DNA of 64,000 nucleotides from Alphaproteobacteria bacterium (lineage in GTDB: Bacteria; Pseudomonadota; Alphaproteobacteria; SP197): positions 3,866-67,865 of the forward strand of contig SHVY01000004.1 of assembly GCA_009694045.1 (NCBI GenBank). The letters are read 5' to 3'. Made by a program: the position numbers and the translations under genes. The notes beneath the pieces are model-generated. The model searched no databases and was not told the origin of the DNA. It saw nothing but the letters and a program-made list of their open reading frames with translations. This document shows positions 38,579 through 48,978 of this stretch, one piece after another; within the stretch, counting starts at the first letter, position 1; each line of letters opens with the position of its first letter.

Positions 38579-40234
38579 TCAGCAGCCGAGCTGGTCCGCC
38601 AAGTCCACGAACCCGTGGGCCGCGAGGTCCCACCGTCCCGTCGGCACCGCGGCCCCGACCTGGGCCGGCCCGCGCTCATGCGGGCGGACGATCAGGGCGG
38701 TACGGAATCCCAAGGCCCCGGCGGCCGCAAGATCGTCCTCGTGGGCGGCGACCATGAGACATTGGCTGGGCGCCAGGCCAAGCGCCGCGGCCGTCCCCAG
38801 ATAGATCTTGGGGTCCGGCTTGTACGCCTGGGTGAATTCGGCCCCGAGGATCGCGTCCCAGGCGAGCCCCGACCGCTTGGCCATCGCCACCATGAGCGCC
38901 ACGTTGCCGTTGGACAGGGTGGCGAGAGCGTAGTTCGGCTGCAGCCGGGCGAGGCCCGGAAGCACGTCGGGCCAGGGGTCGAGCCGGCGCCAGGCGTGGG
39001 CCAAATCCGCGATCTCGGCGGTCGAGAACCCGTCCAGTCCGAAGCGCCCAAGCACGCGCTCCAGGTTCTCGCGCTGCAAGACGTCGAACGTCACCCAAGA
39101 GCGGTGCCCTTGCCGCACCGCCGCCGTCGCAGGTGTGTATTCGGCGTACCAGGCATCGGCGATCGCGGCCGGGTCGGCGCCAAACCCCTTGGCCGCGAAC
39201 ACCGCGCCCAGATCGCGTACCAGGCCCGAGCGCCAGTCGACCACGGTTCCGAACACGTCGAAGGTCAGGGCCTTCACCTCGTCAAACCCCGGTGGTTTCA
39301 CGTCTGGACTCCCGTTCGCGGATTTGGCGCGGCGCGCCATGGTGCCGTAGCGGTGGGCGTAGACCCAGGTGAACTCCGCGCCCAGCAGGAAAATCTGGGC
39401 GGAGTAGTAAAGCCACACGAGCAGGGCTGCGAGCGAACCCGCGGCACCCAGCCCCGAGCCTACACCGACGATGCCGAGGTACAGGGCGATCAGGACCTTG
39501 CCGAGGGTGAACAGGACGGCGGTGACGATCGCGCCAATCCACACGTCGCGCCACCCGAGGTCCACCCGCGGGACAATCTTGTAGATGGCCGCGAAGATCA
39601 CGGTGACGATGACGAACGAAATCGCGACGTTGAGGCTCCCGGCAACCTCCTCCCAGCCGCCGAGACTTCCACTCCACCAGCGGCCGATCGCGGCCAGCCC
39701 CGTGCTCGCCACTAGCGAGATCACCAGCAAAAGGCCGAGGTCGATGACCATGGCGACCAGGAGCGTGTTCCTGCGGGCGAACCTCCAGAATCCCCCCGGC
39801 CCCGGATCCGGAACGTGCCAGATGCGGTCGAGGGCGCCGCGCAGTTCGCTCAGCACGCCTAGGGCACCGAGTGCCAGGCCAAGCGCGCCGATCACCGAGG
39901 CGAGCAGGCCTTCGCGGGGCTGGCCCACGCCGACCAGGAGATTCTGGACGGCCCTCGCCCCGTCGACACCCATGATCCCCTGGAGTTGCGCGAGGATCTC
40001 GCCGCGCGCCGCCTCCGCGCCGAACACCAGCCCGGCCAGCGCGATGGCGATCAGCAGCAAGGGGGCCATGGAGAACAGGCTGTAGTAGGCGAGCGCCGCG
40101 CCCATGCTGGGAGCATCGTCGTCGCACCACGACTTCTCCGCATCGCGGATCAGCGACCAGGGCACGCGAAGGGGGGCGATGATGGTCACGTCCGATCGAG
40201 CCCTCGCGGCCACGCCTATTGCTTCCGCGCCCAA
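38579..40234 (-). CDS. YihY/BrkB family membrane protein fused in frame to a HAD type II (2-haloacid dehalogenase-like) hydrolase domain
   Basis: The N-terminal ~300 aa carry 6 TM segments with the YihY pattern (AALAYYSLFSMAPLL...). The C-terminal ~230 aa are KALTFDVFGTVVDW...NGNVALM...KPDPKIY, the HAD motifs I-III. Confidence 0.7.
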   Translation of the reverse strand: MGAEAIGVAARARSDVTIIAPLRVPWSLIRDAEKSWCDDDAPSMGAALAYYSLFSMAPLLLIAIALAGLVFGAEAARGEILAQLQGIMGVDGARAVQNLLVGVGQPREGLLASVIGALGLALGALGVLSELRGALDRIWHVPDPGPGGFWRFARRNTLLVAMVIDLGLLLVISLVASTGLAAIGRWWSGSLGGWEEVAGSLNVAISFVIVTVIFAAIYKIVPRVDLGWRDVWIGAIVTAVLFTLGKVLIALYLGIVGVGSGLGAAGSLAALLVWLYYSAQIFLLGAEFTWVYAHRYGTMARRAKSANGSPDVKPPGFDEVKALTFDVFGTVVDWRSGLVRDLGAVFAAKGFGADPAAIADAWYAEYTPATAAVRQGHRSWVTFDVLQRENLERVLGRFGLDGFSTAEIADLAHAWRRLDPWPDVLPGLARLQPNYALATLSNGNVALMVAMAKRSGLAWDAILGAEFTQAYKPDPKIYLGTAAALGLAPSQCLMVAAHEDDLAAAGALGFRTALIVRPHERGPAQVGAAVPTGRWDLAAHGFVDLADQLGC

Positions 40235-40665
40235 TTACCGGCGTCGTCCTGCTGCCAGTAGGCGAGGACATGTCCCGCTGCCTTGCGGGCACGCCAGCGT
40301 TCCCGCGCCGCCGCCACCGCCCCTTCGTCGTTGCCGTCGAACACGTCCAGGCAACGTTGGTACGACCCGAGATCGTCGGCGTCCATGCCGTCGACCAGGA
40401 CCAGGAGAGTCGCCCCGTTGGGGTTTCCCTGGGTCGCCGTCAGGAAGATCGGTTGCCGGTCATCGGCCCCGTCGGCGGCGGTCCCGTGCGGCAGGAACGA
40501 CGCCGGGTCATAGGTCCACAGCGCCATGTCGAGCTGTTGCACGCGTTCGGTCGAATCGGCCAGGACGACCACGCGCATGCCCCGTTGCACCGCCTTGTCC
40601 AGAAGGCGCGGCAGGGCCCGCTCGAGCGGCGTGGTGCGCAGGTGATAGAAACCGACCTCGGTCAC
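40216..40665 (-). CDS. holC: DNA polymerase III subunit chi
   Basis: GTG start giving (M)TEVGFYHLRTTPLERALPRLLDKA..., the chi subunit pattern. It overlaps the pepA stop region by 4 bp. Confidence 0.7.
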   Translation of the reverse strand: MTEVGFYHLRTTPLERALPRLLDKAVQRGMRVVVLADSTERVQQLDMALWTYDPASFLPHGTAADGADDRQPIFLTATQGNPNGATLLVLVDGMDADDLGSYQRCLDVFDGNDEGAVAAARERWRARKAAGHVLAYWQQDDAGNWARKQ

Positions 40666-42158
40666 GAGCCTTCGTAGTTGTCCCGCACCAGCCGGTCGAG
40701 CAGGCGCACGCCGTAGCCGCTGGCGCCCTTCGGCACGAGGGGGAAATCCTTCTTCGCCCAGGCCATGCCGGCGATATCCAGATGCGCCCAGGGTGTGTCG
40801 CCGACGAAGCGCTGCAGGAACACGGCCCCGGCGATCGAGCCCGCCTCCCGGTTCTTGCCGACGTTCTTCATGTCGGCGATGTCGGAGTTGATGTCGCGGT
40901 CGTATTCGTCGCCCAGCGGCAGGCGCCATAAGGGTTCGCCGACCGCGCCACCGGCGGCGGCGAGCTTGGCCGCCAGGTCGTCGTTGTTGCTGAACATCCC
41001 GCCCTTGTAGGTGCCGAGCGCGACCACCACGGCACCCGTCAGGGTCGCGAGGTCGATCATCGCCTTGGGCTTGAAGTTGGTGTGCGTGTACCACAGCGCG
41101 TCCGACAGGATCAGCCGGCCCTCGGCGTCGGTGTTGATCACCTCGATCGTCTGCCCCGACATCGACGTCACGACATCGCCCGGGCGCTGGGCGTTGCCCG
41201 ATGGCATGTTCTCGACCGCCGCGCACACGCCGACCGCGTTGACCTTCGCCTTGCGCCCGGCCAGGGCCTTCAGCAGGCCGATGACGGCGCCCGCGCCCGC
41301 CATGTCGTACTTCATTTCCTCCATACCGGCGGCGGGCTTGATCGAGATGCCGCCGGTGTCGAAGCACACGCCCTTGCCGACGAAGGCGACGGGCTTGTCC
41401 CCGGTCTTGCCGCCGTTCCAGCGCATGACGATCAGCTGCGATTCCCGGACACTCCCCTGCCCGACCCCCAGCAAGGCTCCCATGCCGAGCTCGCCCATGC
41501 GGGCATCGCCCAGGATCTCGACCTCGACGCCAAGCGCGCTCAGGGTCCGGGCTTGCTCCGCCAGGGCCTGCGGGAAAATGACGTTGGCCGGCTCGCTCAC
41601 CAGATCGCGCGTGAAGAACACGCCGTCGACGACCTTGTCGAGGTAGCCGTACGCGGCCGCGGCCGCGGCCGCAGCCTTGGTTACGATGGTCAGGCGTTCC
41701 AGGGTCGGCTTGTCCTCGGGCTTCTGCTTCGTCTGGTACTTGTCGAAGCGGTAGCCACGGAGGCGGATCGCCGATGCAACCAGGGCCGCCGGGGGCGTCG
41801 AGCCTACCTTGGTCCCGGCGAGTTCGTCGACCAGGATCGCCGCATGGCGGGCACCGACGGCGTTCAGCCTCGCGCACAAGGCGCCTCCCACCGACTGGAC
41901 TCCGAGATCGTCGAGGGCGGCGGCCTTGCCGAGACCAACCAGCACCACCCGCGCCGCGGCGATGCCGCTGGGCGCCACCACGTCCAGAAGCTTGTCCCGC
42001 GCGCCCGTGAAGCGGCCCGACCCCATGGCCCGGGTCAGCATGCCACCCAAGGTCCGATCGAGTTCGGCGGCCGATGGCGTGAGGGTGCGATCCTCCAGCA
42101 CGCCCACGACCAGGGTATCGGCGTCGGACGGTTGCGCTTCGGCGAAAGCGACGTTCAT
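40662..42158 (-). CDS. pepA: Leucyl aminopeptidase
   Basis: MNVAFAEA...the M17 signature NTDAEGRL and VGKGVCFDTGG. Confidence 0.9.
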   Translation of the reverse strand: MNVAFAEAQPSDADTLVVGVLEDRTLTPSAAELDRTLGGMLTRAMGSGRFTGARDKLLDVVAPSGIAAARVVLVGLGKAAALDDLGVQSVGGALCARLNAVGARHAAILVDELAGTKVGSTPPAALVASAIRLRGYRFDKYQTKQKPEDKPTLERLTIVTKAAAAAAAAYGYLDKVVDGVFFTRDLVSEPANVIFPQALAEQARTLSALGVEVEILGDARMGELGMGALLGVGQGSVRESQLIVMRWNGGKTGDKPVAFVGKGVCFDTGGISIKPAAGMEEMKYDMAGAGAVIGLLKALAGRKAKVNAVGVCAAVENMPSGNAQRPGDVVTSMSGQTIEVINTDAEGRLILSDALWYTHTNFKPKAMIDLATLTGAVVVALGTYKGGMFSNNDDLAAKLAAAGGAVGEPLWRLPLGDEYDRDINSDIADMKNVGKNREAGSIAGAVFLQRFVGDTPWAHLDIAGMAWAKKDFPLVPKGASGYGVRLLDRLVRDNYEGS

Positions 42159-42268
42159 GGACTTCCCCTTGGATGACGTTCGGCCGGGGACTCTATCCGA
42201 TGGCACGACAAAGGAAAGGGGGACCCTTGCGGCTGGTCGCGGGCGGCCGGAACCGCTAAGAAGGTCGG

Positions 42269-43384
42269 GTGAGTCGGGCGGACCGCTACATTTTCCAGCA
42301 GCTTGCGGGTGCCTTGGTGTTTATCGCCATCGCCCTGGCCGGAGTCGTTTGGCTCAGCCAATCCCTGCGGTTCGTGGATCTGATCATCAATCGCGGGCTG
42401 TCAATCACCAGCTTCGTGATGCTGACCCTCCTGCTGCTGCCGACGTTTCTCGTCCTAATCCTGCCGATCGCCCTGTTCTGCGCGGTGCTCTACACCTATC
42501 ACCGGCTCGCCAACGACCGGGAACTGGTGGTGCTGCGGGCCTGCGGGGTTGGCCCCGGGGGCCTGACCAGGCCCGTGTTCGTGGTGACCGGCCTGGTCGT
42601 CGTCCAGCTCTACGCGATGACGCTCTACCTGATGCCGGCCGGCTACCGCTCGTTCAAGGACCAGCAGTTCCTGATCCGCGACGATCTCGGGACCGCCCTG
42701 CTGCAGGAGGGAGCCTTCAACAATTTCGGCGACGAACTGACCGTCTACGTGCGCCTCGTCGGCGCCAGCGGCGAGGCCTCCGGAATCCTCGTGCACGACG
42801 ATCGGGACCCCAAGCGACCCGTCACCATGATGGCGGAACACGGGGCGTTGCTTCGCGGCGTCGAGGGTCCCCGCCTGCTGTTGGTCAACGGCAACCGGCA
42901 GGAGATCGCCGCGGATCGCAGCCGACTGAGCCTCCTGTACTTCGATCGCTACACCCTGGATTTGTCGACGTTCTTCGATCCGGCGCGGCGGCACTGGCGC
43001 GAGCCGCGCGAACGTTACTTTCACGAGCTGCTGGGACCCCATACCCGCAAGGCGGATATTCGCAACGCGCCCGAGCTGCTGGCCGAGGCCCACCAGCGTC
43101 TGGTCCTTCCCTGGGTCGCGCCGGCGCTCGCCTTGATCGCGGTCGCGTCCCTGTTGACCGGCGAGCTCGGACGGCGCGATCATTCGCGCCGGCTGTGGGG
43201 CGCGATCATCGTCGGCGCCGGCTTCGAGGGCGCCTACCTGTTCCTCGAACGGGCCATCATCGGGGCCCCGGGGCTGATCCCGATCTTGTACCTTTGGATT
43301 CTGGGAGGTTCCGTCGGTGCCTGGCTCGTGCTGCGCCGGCATCGTTGGCGGCTTCCGTCCCGCGCGGCCCCATCGTCAGTCTGA
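42269..43384 (+). CDS. lptF: LPS export ABC transporter permease LptF
   Basis: GTG start; MSRADRYIFQQL...the YjgP/YjgQ permease family. Confidence 0.85.
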   Translation: MSRADRYIFQQLAGALVFIAIALAGVVWLSQSLRFVDLIINRGLSITSFVMLTLLLLPTFLVLILPIALFCAVLYTYHRLANDRELVVLRACGVGPGGLTRPVFVVTGLVVVQLYAMTLYLMPAGYRSFKDQQFLIRDDLGTALLQEGAFNNFGDELTVYVRLVGASGEASGILVHDDRDPKRPVTMMAEHGALLRGVEGPRLLLVNGNRQEIAADRSRLSLLYFDRYTLDLSTFFDPARRHWREPRERYFHELLGPHTRKADIRNAPELLAEAHQRLVLPWVAPALALIAVASLLTGELGRRDHSRRLWGAIIVGAGFEGAYLFLERAIIGAPGLIPILYLWILGGSVGAWLVLRRHRWRLPSRAAPSSV

Positions 43385-43394
43385 GGACGCCCCG

Positions 43395-44489
43395 ATGTTT
43401 CTCTCGCCGGTGCTGTCGTTCTACATCTGTCGGCAGTTCGTCGCGAGCGTCGTGGCCGTGTTCGCCCTGCTGTGCTTCACGGCGCTGGTCGCCGACTTCG
43501 TCGAGCTCACGCGCCGCTCGGCGCCCGCGGACGAGATCGGCCTGGGCCTGACGCTCGGCATGGCGGCCCTGCGCCTGCCATATCTCGCTCAGAAAATCGC
43601 GCCCTTCGCCATGCTGTTCGGGGCCATGTTGAGCTACCACCGGCTCACGCGGCACCACGAGCTCATCGCCGCCCGGGCCGCGGGGGTTTCCGTCTGGCAG
43701 TTCCTCCTGCCCGCGATCGTGATCGCCCTGGCGATCGGCGCGGTGATCGTCTGCGCCGTCAACCCGCTGTCCTCGGCGATGGTCATGCGCTACGAACAGC
43801 TGGAAGCGCGCTTCGCGAGCGGCCGATCCAGCCTCCTCGCCCTGTCCCCCACCGGTCTGTGGCTGCGCGAGGGCGATCGGACGGGGCAAGTGGTCATCCA
43901 TGCGCGGCAAGCGACCGATCGCGGCGAGGAACTCGGGGAGGCGACCTTCTTCATCTACCAAGGGACCGACCATTTCCTGCGCCGGGTCGACGCGGGACGC
44001 GCCGTGCTCGAAGACCGGTCCTGGCGCCTGGACGACGTTCTCGTCACGTCGCCGGAGGGCGTGGCGCAGCGCCTCGCGACCTACCGCCTGCCGACGACCC
44101 TCACGCCGCAGCGCATCCAGGAAAGCTTCGCCTCCCCCGATACCCTGTCGTTCTGGGCCTTGCCGCGCTTCATCGCGACCCTGGAGGAGTCGGGGTTCTC
44201 GGCCCTTCGCCATCGGCTGCACTGGCATGCGGTTCTAGCGGGACCGTTCCTGCTCGCGTCGATGGTGCTGATCGCGGCCGCGTTCTCGCTGCGCAATGTC
44301 CGGCGGGGCGGGGTCATGTGGCTGGTCATCGGCGGCGTGTTCACCGGCTTCGGCCTCTACTTTCTCGGCGATGTCTCGCTCGCGCTCGGCCTTTCCGGGG
44401 CAATTCCGCCGATCCTCGCCGCCTGGTCCCCGACCGGGGTGTCCGCCCTGGCGGGGCTCGCTCTGCTGTTCCACCTGGAAGACGGCTGA
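43395..44489 (+). CDS. lptG: LPS export ABC transporter permease LptG
   Basis: MFLSPVLSFYICRQFV... is a second YjgP/YjgQ permease, 11 bp after lptF. Confidence 0.85.
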   Translation: MFLSPVLSFYICRQFVASVVAVFALLCFTALVADFVELTRRSAPADEIGLGLTLGMAALRLPYLAQKIAPFAMLFGAMLSYHRLTRHHELIAARAAGVSVWQFLLPAIVIALAIGAVIVCAVNPLSSAMVMRYEQLEARFASGRSSLLALSPTGLWLREGDRTGQVVIHARQATDRGEELGEATFFIYQGTDHFLRRVDAGRAVLEDRSWRLDDVLVTSPEGVAQRLATYRLPTTLTPQRIQESFASPDTLSFWALPRFIATLEESGFSALRHRLHWHAVLAGPFLLASMVLIAAAFSLRNVRRGGVMWLVIGGVFTGFGLYFLGDVSLALGLSGAIPPILAAWSPTGVSALAGLALLFHLEDG

Positions 44490-44493
44490 GACC

Positions 44494-46626
44494 ATGGGTC
44501 GGGGGGGAAGTCTGTGGGGCCTGCTGGCCGTCGTGGTCCTCGCCTCGGCGGCGGGGGCCGAGGACGCGCCCCTGTCGGCGGGGCCATCGGTCCTGGTGGC
44601 GGACGAGCTGCGCTATGACAGCGAGCTCGGAATCGTCACGGCGAGCGGTCACGTCGAGATCGCCCAGGGCGATCGCGTGCTCCTGGCCGATACCGTCAGC
44701 TACGACGAGAAATCGGGCGCCGTGACGGCGTCGGGCAACGTCACGTTGATGGAGCCCTCCGGCGACGTGGCGTTCGCGGATTTCGTCGCGTTGAGCGGCG
44801 GCCTCGAATCCGGAACCATCGAGAACATTCGCATCCTGCTCAAGGATCGCTCCCGGTTCGCCGCCCATCGCGCGGTGCGCACCGGCGGCACCCACACGGT
44901 GCTCTCCCACGTCGTGTACTCGCCGTGCGAGCTGTGCGCCGAGGATCCCATGCGCGCGCCCCTTTGGCAGATCAAGGCCGTGCGGGTCGTGCACGACCAG
45001 GAACGGCACGACATCATCTACACCGACGCGGTCCTGGAGGTGTTCGGGGTCCCCATCGCCTATTCCCCCTACCTCAGCCACCCGGATCCCACCGTCAAGC
45101 GGCGCACCGGGTTCCTGACCCCCGGCTATGGGTCCAGCGACGAGCTCGGCAGCTACGTCGAAGCGCCGTACTACATCGTGCTCGGACCCCACCGCGATTT
45201 CACCTTCACCCCCAAGATCACGACCCGCGAGGACGCCGTGTTCTTCGGCGAGTATCGCGAACGGATCGGCGCGGGCGGGTTCGATGTCGACGGCAGCATC
45301 ACCCGGGTCGACCGCCGCGACGACGACGGGATCAAGATCCGCGGCAAGGAGACCCGGGGGCACATCCGCGCGAACGGCCTCTTCCCCATGGACGACACCT
45401 GGCGCTGGGGCTTCGCCGCCTATCGCGCGACCGATGACACCTACCTGACCCGCTATGGCATCGACGAGGTCGACACCCTGACCTCCCGGCTGTTCGCCGA
45501 GGCCTTCGGCGGCAGCGATTACGCAGTGGCCAACGCGTATTTCTTCCAGGGACTGAACGAGGACGACGACACCGGCGACACGCCCTTCGTCCTGCCGCTG
45601 GTGGACTACAAGCACGTCGGGCGCCAGGGCGACGACGGCGACTACACCACGATCGACCTCAACGGCATGGTGCTCACCCGGACCGATGGAACCGACAGCC
45701 GGCGCCTGTCCGCGACGGCCGGCTGGCACCTGCCCTATGTCGCGCCGGCCGGCGACGTCTACCTGCTTTCGGCGTCGTTGCGCGCCGATGCCTATCACGT
45801 CGCTGATGCGGGCGTCGGCGGCGACGAAAACGGGTTCACAGGCCGCATCGTGCCCGAGATTTCGCTCGAATGGCGCTACCCCTTCGCCAGGAACGGCGAG
45901 GCGACCAGCCAGATCATCGAACCCATCGTCGTGGCGACGATCAGCCCCCCCGGCGGGAACCCACGCAAAATCGCGAACGAGGACAGCACCGATTTCGACC
46001 TCAACGATATCAACTTGTTCGAACCCCAGCGCTTCCCGGGCCTCGATCGGGTCGAGGACGGCCCGCGCGTGAGCTATGGGCTCAGGCTCGGGACCTATGG
46101 CGACGGGGGCGGGCGCGCGACCGCGCTGTTCGGTCAGAGCTATCGGGTCGAGGACCAGGGCACCTTCGACATCGGCAGCGGGCTGGAGCGCGAACTCTCC
46201 GATTTCGTCGGACGGGTCGAGATATCGCCCGGTTCCATTCTCGATCTGGTGTACCGCTTCCGCCTCGACCGCTCGACCCTCGATTTCCGCCGCAACGAGA
46301 TCGAGGCTCTGATCGGCCCGCCACGGCTCAATCTGCGGGTCGGCTACGTCGGCCTGTCGGACAAGACGAGCGCCGTGGTCGAGCCCCAGGATCGGCAGGA
46401 GATCAACCTGATCGGCCACGCCGAAATCGACAAGCACTGGACCATCAACGGCGAGATGCGCCGCGATCTCTCCGGCGCGGGCCTCATTTCCGCCGGCGGC
46501 GGCATCACCTACGAGAACGAGTGCATCCTGATCGGCATCAAGATCCGGCGTCGCTTCGTGAGCGATCGCGACGCGCCCGAAGACACCTCGTACCAGCTCG
46601 TTGTCAAGCTGCGGAACCTGGGCTAA
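44494..46626 (+). CDS. lptD: LPS-assembly protein LptD (OstA)
   Basis: A signal peptide, the OstA N-terminal domain and a large beta-barrel. It is followed by surA-pdxA-rsmA in the conserved order. Confidence 0.85.
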   Translation: MGRGGSLWGLLAVVVLASAAGAEDAPLSAGPSVLVADELRYDSELGIVTASGHVEIAQGDRVLLADTVSYDEKSGAVTASGNVTLMEPSGDVAFADFVALSGGLESGTIENIRILLKDRSRFAAHRAVRTGGTHTVLSHVVYSPCELCAEDPMRAPLWQIKAVRVVHDQERHDIIYTDAVLEVFGVPIAYSPYLSHPDPTVKRRTGFLTPGYGSSDELGSYVEAPYYIVLGPHRDFTFTPKITTREDAVFFGEYRERIGAGGFDVDGSITRVDRRDDDGIKIRGKETRGHIRANGLFPMDDTWRWGFAAYRATDDTYLTRYGIDEVDTLTSRLFAEAFGGSDYAVANAYFFQGLNEDDDTGDTPFVLPLVDYKHVGRQGDDGDYTTIDLNGMVLTRTDGTDSRRLSATAGWHLPYVAPAGDVYLLSASLRADAYHVADAGVGGDENGFTGRIVPEISLEWRYPFARNGEATSQIIEPIVVATISPPGGNPRKIANEDSTDFDLNDINLFEPQRFPGLDRVEDGPRVSYGLRLGTYGDGGGRATALFGQSYRVEDQGTFDIGSGLERELSDFVGRVEISPGSILDLVYRFRLDRSTLDFRRNEIEALIGPPRLNLRVGYVGLSDKTSAVVEPQDRQEINLIGHAEIDKHWTINGEMRRDLSGAGLISAGGGITYENECILIGIKIRRRFVSDRDAPEDTSYQLVVKLRNLG

Positions 46627-46648
46627 ACAGGGCGCGCGGGACCCGAAA

Positions 46649-47977
46649 ATGGGTAATGTCGCCGATGGAAGAAGATCGCGGCTGCCGCGACGCGCGCCGA
46701 TCGATTGGGTGGCGGAATTCAAGGTGCGCCTGAGTTTTCTCATCTTCGTTGCCCTCGTCGGGCTGGCGGCGGCTGGCCGGGCCCAGGAGGCGCAGCGCAT
46801 CGCCGCCGTGGTCAACGACCGGATCATCTCAACCTATGACCTCGCCGAACGGATCACCGTCGTGGTCCGCAGCTCGGGCCTCCAGGATTCGCCCGAAGCG
46901 CGCGAGCGCCTGCGGGTTCAGGTTCTGCGCAGCCTGATCGACGAGCAACTCCAGGTCCAGGAAGCCCAACGGCTGGAGATGGTGGTCACCGAGGAGGACC
47001 GCGCGGGCTCGCTCCGGTTTCTCGAGGGGCAGAACAACATCCCCGATGGGGCGATGCTCGAGGCCCTAGCGCAGCGGGGGATTCCGCAGGATAGCTTCCT
47101 CGCCCAGATCGACGCCCAGGTCCTTTGGGGCAGGGTCGTTCAGGCGCGCCTGCGCCCGGCCGTGACCGTTACCGACGCCGAAGTCAGCGACGTGCTGACC
47201 CGCCTGGAGGCAAGCCGCGGCGCGCCCGAGTATCGCCTGGCCGAGATTTTTCTCGCGGTCGATTCGCCCTGGCAGGAGGCCGAGGTCGCGGCGGCGTCCC
47301 AACGCTTGATCGAAGAGATCAGCCGCGGCGCCGATTTCCGCGCGCTGGCGCGCCAGTTCTCCCAGAGCGCGACGGCCGGAGCCGGCGGCGATATGGGCTG
47401 GGTTCTGGAGAGCCAGCTTCCCGAGGAATACCTGTCCGCCATCGCCGGGCTGGGGCAGGGCGAGATCGTGGGCCCGATCGCGACCGCGGGCGGCTTCACG
47501 GTGCTGCGGCTTCTCGGCACGCGCCGTGCGTTCGAGACCGATCCGGGCGATGCGGACGTGACCCTGAAGCTCGTGGTCCTGCCCTTGCCAGCGGTCGCCT
47601 CGAGCGAGGACGAGGCCGGCATGCGGGTCATCGCCAACGATCTCGCGGCGCGGATCGAGGGGTGCGACGGCGTCGAGGCTCTGGCGGCCGAGGTCGCGGG
47701 CGCGCAAACCCGCGAGGTCGGCACGATGCCGGAAAACGAGCTGACGGCCGAGGTTCGCGACGCGATCGCCGGGGTCGCCATCGGCGAGACGTCGCGACCC
47801 GTCATCGCCGGCGGTGCGTACAACATCCTGGTCGTCTGCGATCGCCAGCAGCGCGAGGCGAGACTGCCGACCCGCGACGAGGTGCGGCAGAGTCTCTACA
47901 ATCAGCGCCTGGATCTGGCCGCGCGCGGCTACTTGCGCGATCTGCGTCGGGTCGCCTTCATCGATATCCGGGTATGA
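46649..47977 (+). CDS. surA: Periplasmic chaperone / peptidyl-prolyl isomerase SurA
   Basis: A signal peptide, the SurA N-domain and a parvulin PPIase domain. An alternative GTG start lies at 46724. Confidence 0.8.
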   Translation: MGNVADGRRSRLPRRAPIDWVAEFKVRLSFLIFVALVGLAAAGRAQEAQRIAAVVNDRIISTYDLAERITVVVRSSGLQDSPEARERLRVQVLRSLIDEQLQVQEAQRLEMVVTEEDRAGSLRFLEGQNNIPDGAMLEALAQRGIPQDSFLAQIDAQVLWGRVVQARLRPAVTVTDAEVSDVLTRLEASRGAPEYRLAEIFLAVDSPWQEAEVAAASQRLIEEISRGADFRALARQFSQSATAGAGGDMGWVLESQLPEEYLSAIAGLGQGEIVGPIATAGGFTVLRLLGTRRAFETDPGDADVTLKLVVLPLPAVASSEDEAGMRVIANDLAARIEGCDGVEALAAEVAGAQTREVGTMPENELTAEVRDAIAGVAIGETSRPVIAGGAYNILVVCDRQQREARLPTRDEVRQSLYNQRLDLAARGYLRDLRRVAFIDIRV

Positions 47978-48978
47978 CGGTGTTGCCGCTCGCCGTCACC
48001 ATGGGGGAACCGGCCGGGATCGGCGGCGAGCTTACCCTCAAGGCCTGGGCGGAGCGGTCGGCGGATCTGCCGCCGTTCTTCGCGATCGACGACCCGACGC
48101 GGCTCGCGGGCCTGAACGATCGGCTGGGGCTGGGCGTCCCCATCCAGGTGATCGGCGGGCCGGAGGAGACGGCGGCCGTCTTCCCGCGCGCCCTGCCGGT
48201 CCTGCCGCTCGCCCTGAGGAAACCCGCCGTTCCGGGACGCCTCGACGCGGCCAACGCCCCCGCCGTGATCGAGGCCATCGATCGCGCCGTGGCGTTGGCA
48301 TCCGGGGGACGCGCGGCCGCCGTGGTGACCCATCCGATCCACAAGAAGGTCCTGATGGATTCAGGGTTTCGCCATCCGGGGCACACCGAATACCTCGCGT
48401 CCCTGGCCGGCGATGGCTTCGAGGCGGTCATGATGCTGACTTGCCCGGGCCTGCGGGTGGTTCCGCTGACCGTTCACCTGCCACTCGCCAGGGTCGCGGC
48501 CGGCCTCGATCGCGGCGCCGTCGAACGGACGGGCCGCATCATCCTCGCGGCGCTGCGGCGCGATTTCGGCGTGGCGGCGCCACGCCTGGCGGTCGCGGGC
48601 CTCAACCCGCACGCCGGCGAAGGCGGCGCGCTGGGGCGCGAGGAGATCGAGATCATCGCGCCCGCCGTGGCGACCTTGCGCGGCGAGGGACACGATGTCC
48701 GGGATCCGGCCCCGGCCGACAGCCTGTTCCACGCCGAGGCGCGCGCGCGGTACGACGCGGTCCTCTGCATGTATCACGACCAGGCCCTGATCCCGCTCAA
48801 GACCATCGATTTCGCCGGCGGCGTCAACGTGACCCTCGGGCTGCCCTTCGTGCGCACCTCGCCGGATCACGGCACGGCACTCGACATCGCCGGGCGCGGC
48901 GTCGCCTTCGCGACCAGCTTCGTTGCGGCGCTCCACCAGGCTGCCGCGATCGCCGCGCGCCGCCGCGCACATGCCTAA
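47974..48978 (+). CDS. pdxA: 4-hydroxythreonine-4-phosphate dehydrogenase
   Basis: ...VTHPIHKKVLMDSGFRHPGHTEYLA...NPHAGEGG is the PdxA signature. It shares an ATGA overlap with the surA stop. Confidence 0.9.
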   Translation: MTVLPLAVTMGEPAGIGGELTLKAWAERSADLPPFFAIDDPTRLAGLNDRLGLGVPIQVIGGPEETAAVFPRALPVLPLALRKPAVPGRLDAANAPAVIEAIDRAVALASGGRAAAVVTHPIHKKVLMDSGFRHPGHTEYLASLAGDGFEAVMMLTCPGLRVVPLTVHLPLARVAAGLDRGAVERTGRIILAALRRDFGVAAPRLAVAGLNPHAGEGGALGREEIEIIAPAVATLRGEGHDVRDPAPADSLFHAEARARYDAVLCMYHDQALIPLKTIDFAGGVNVTLGLPFVRTSPDHGTALDIAGRGVAFATSFVAALHQAAAIAARRRAHA

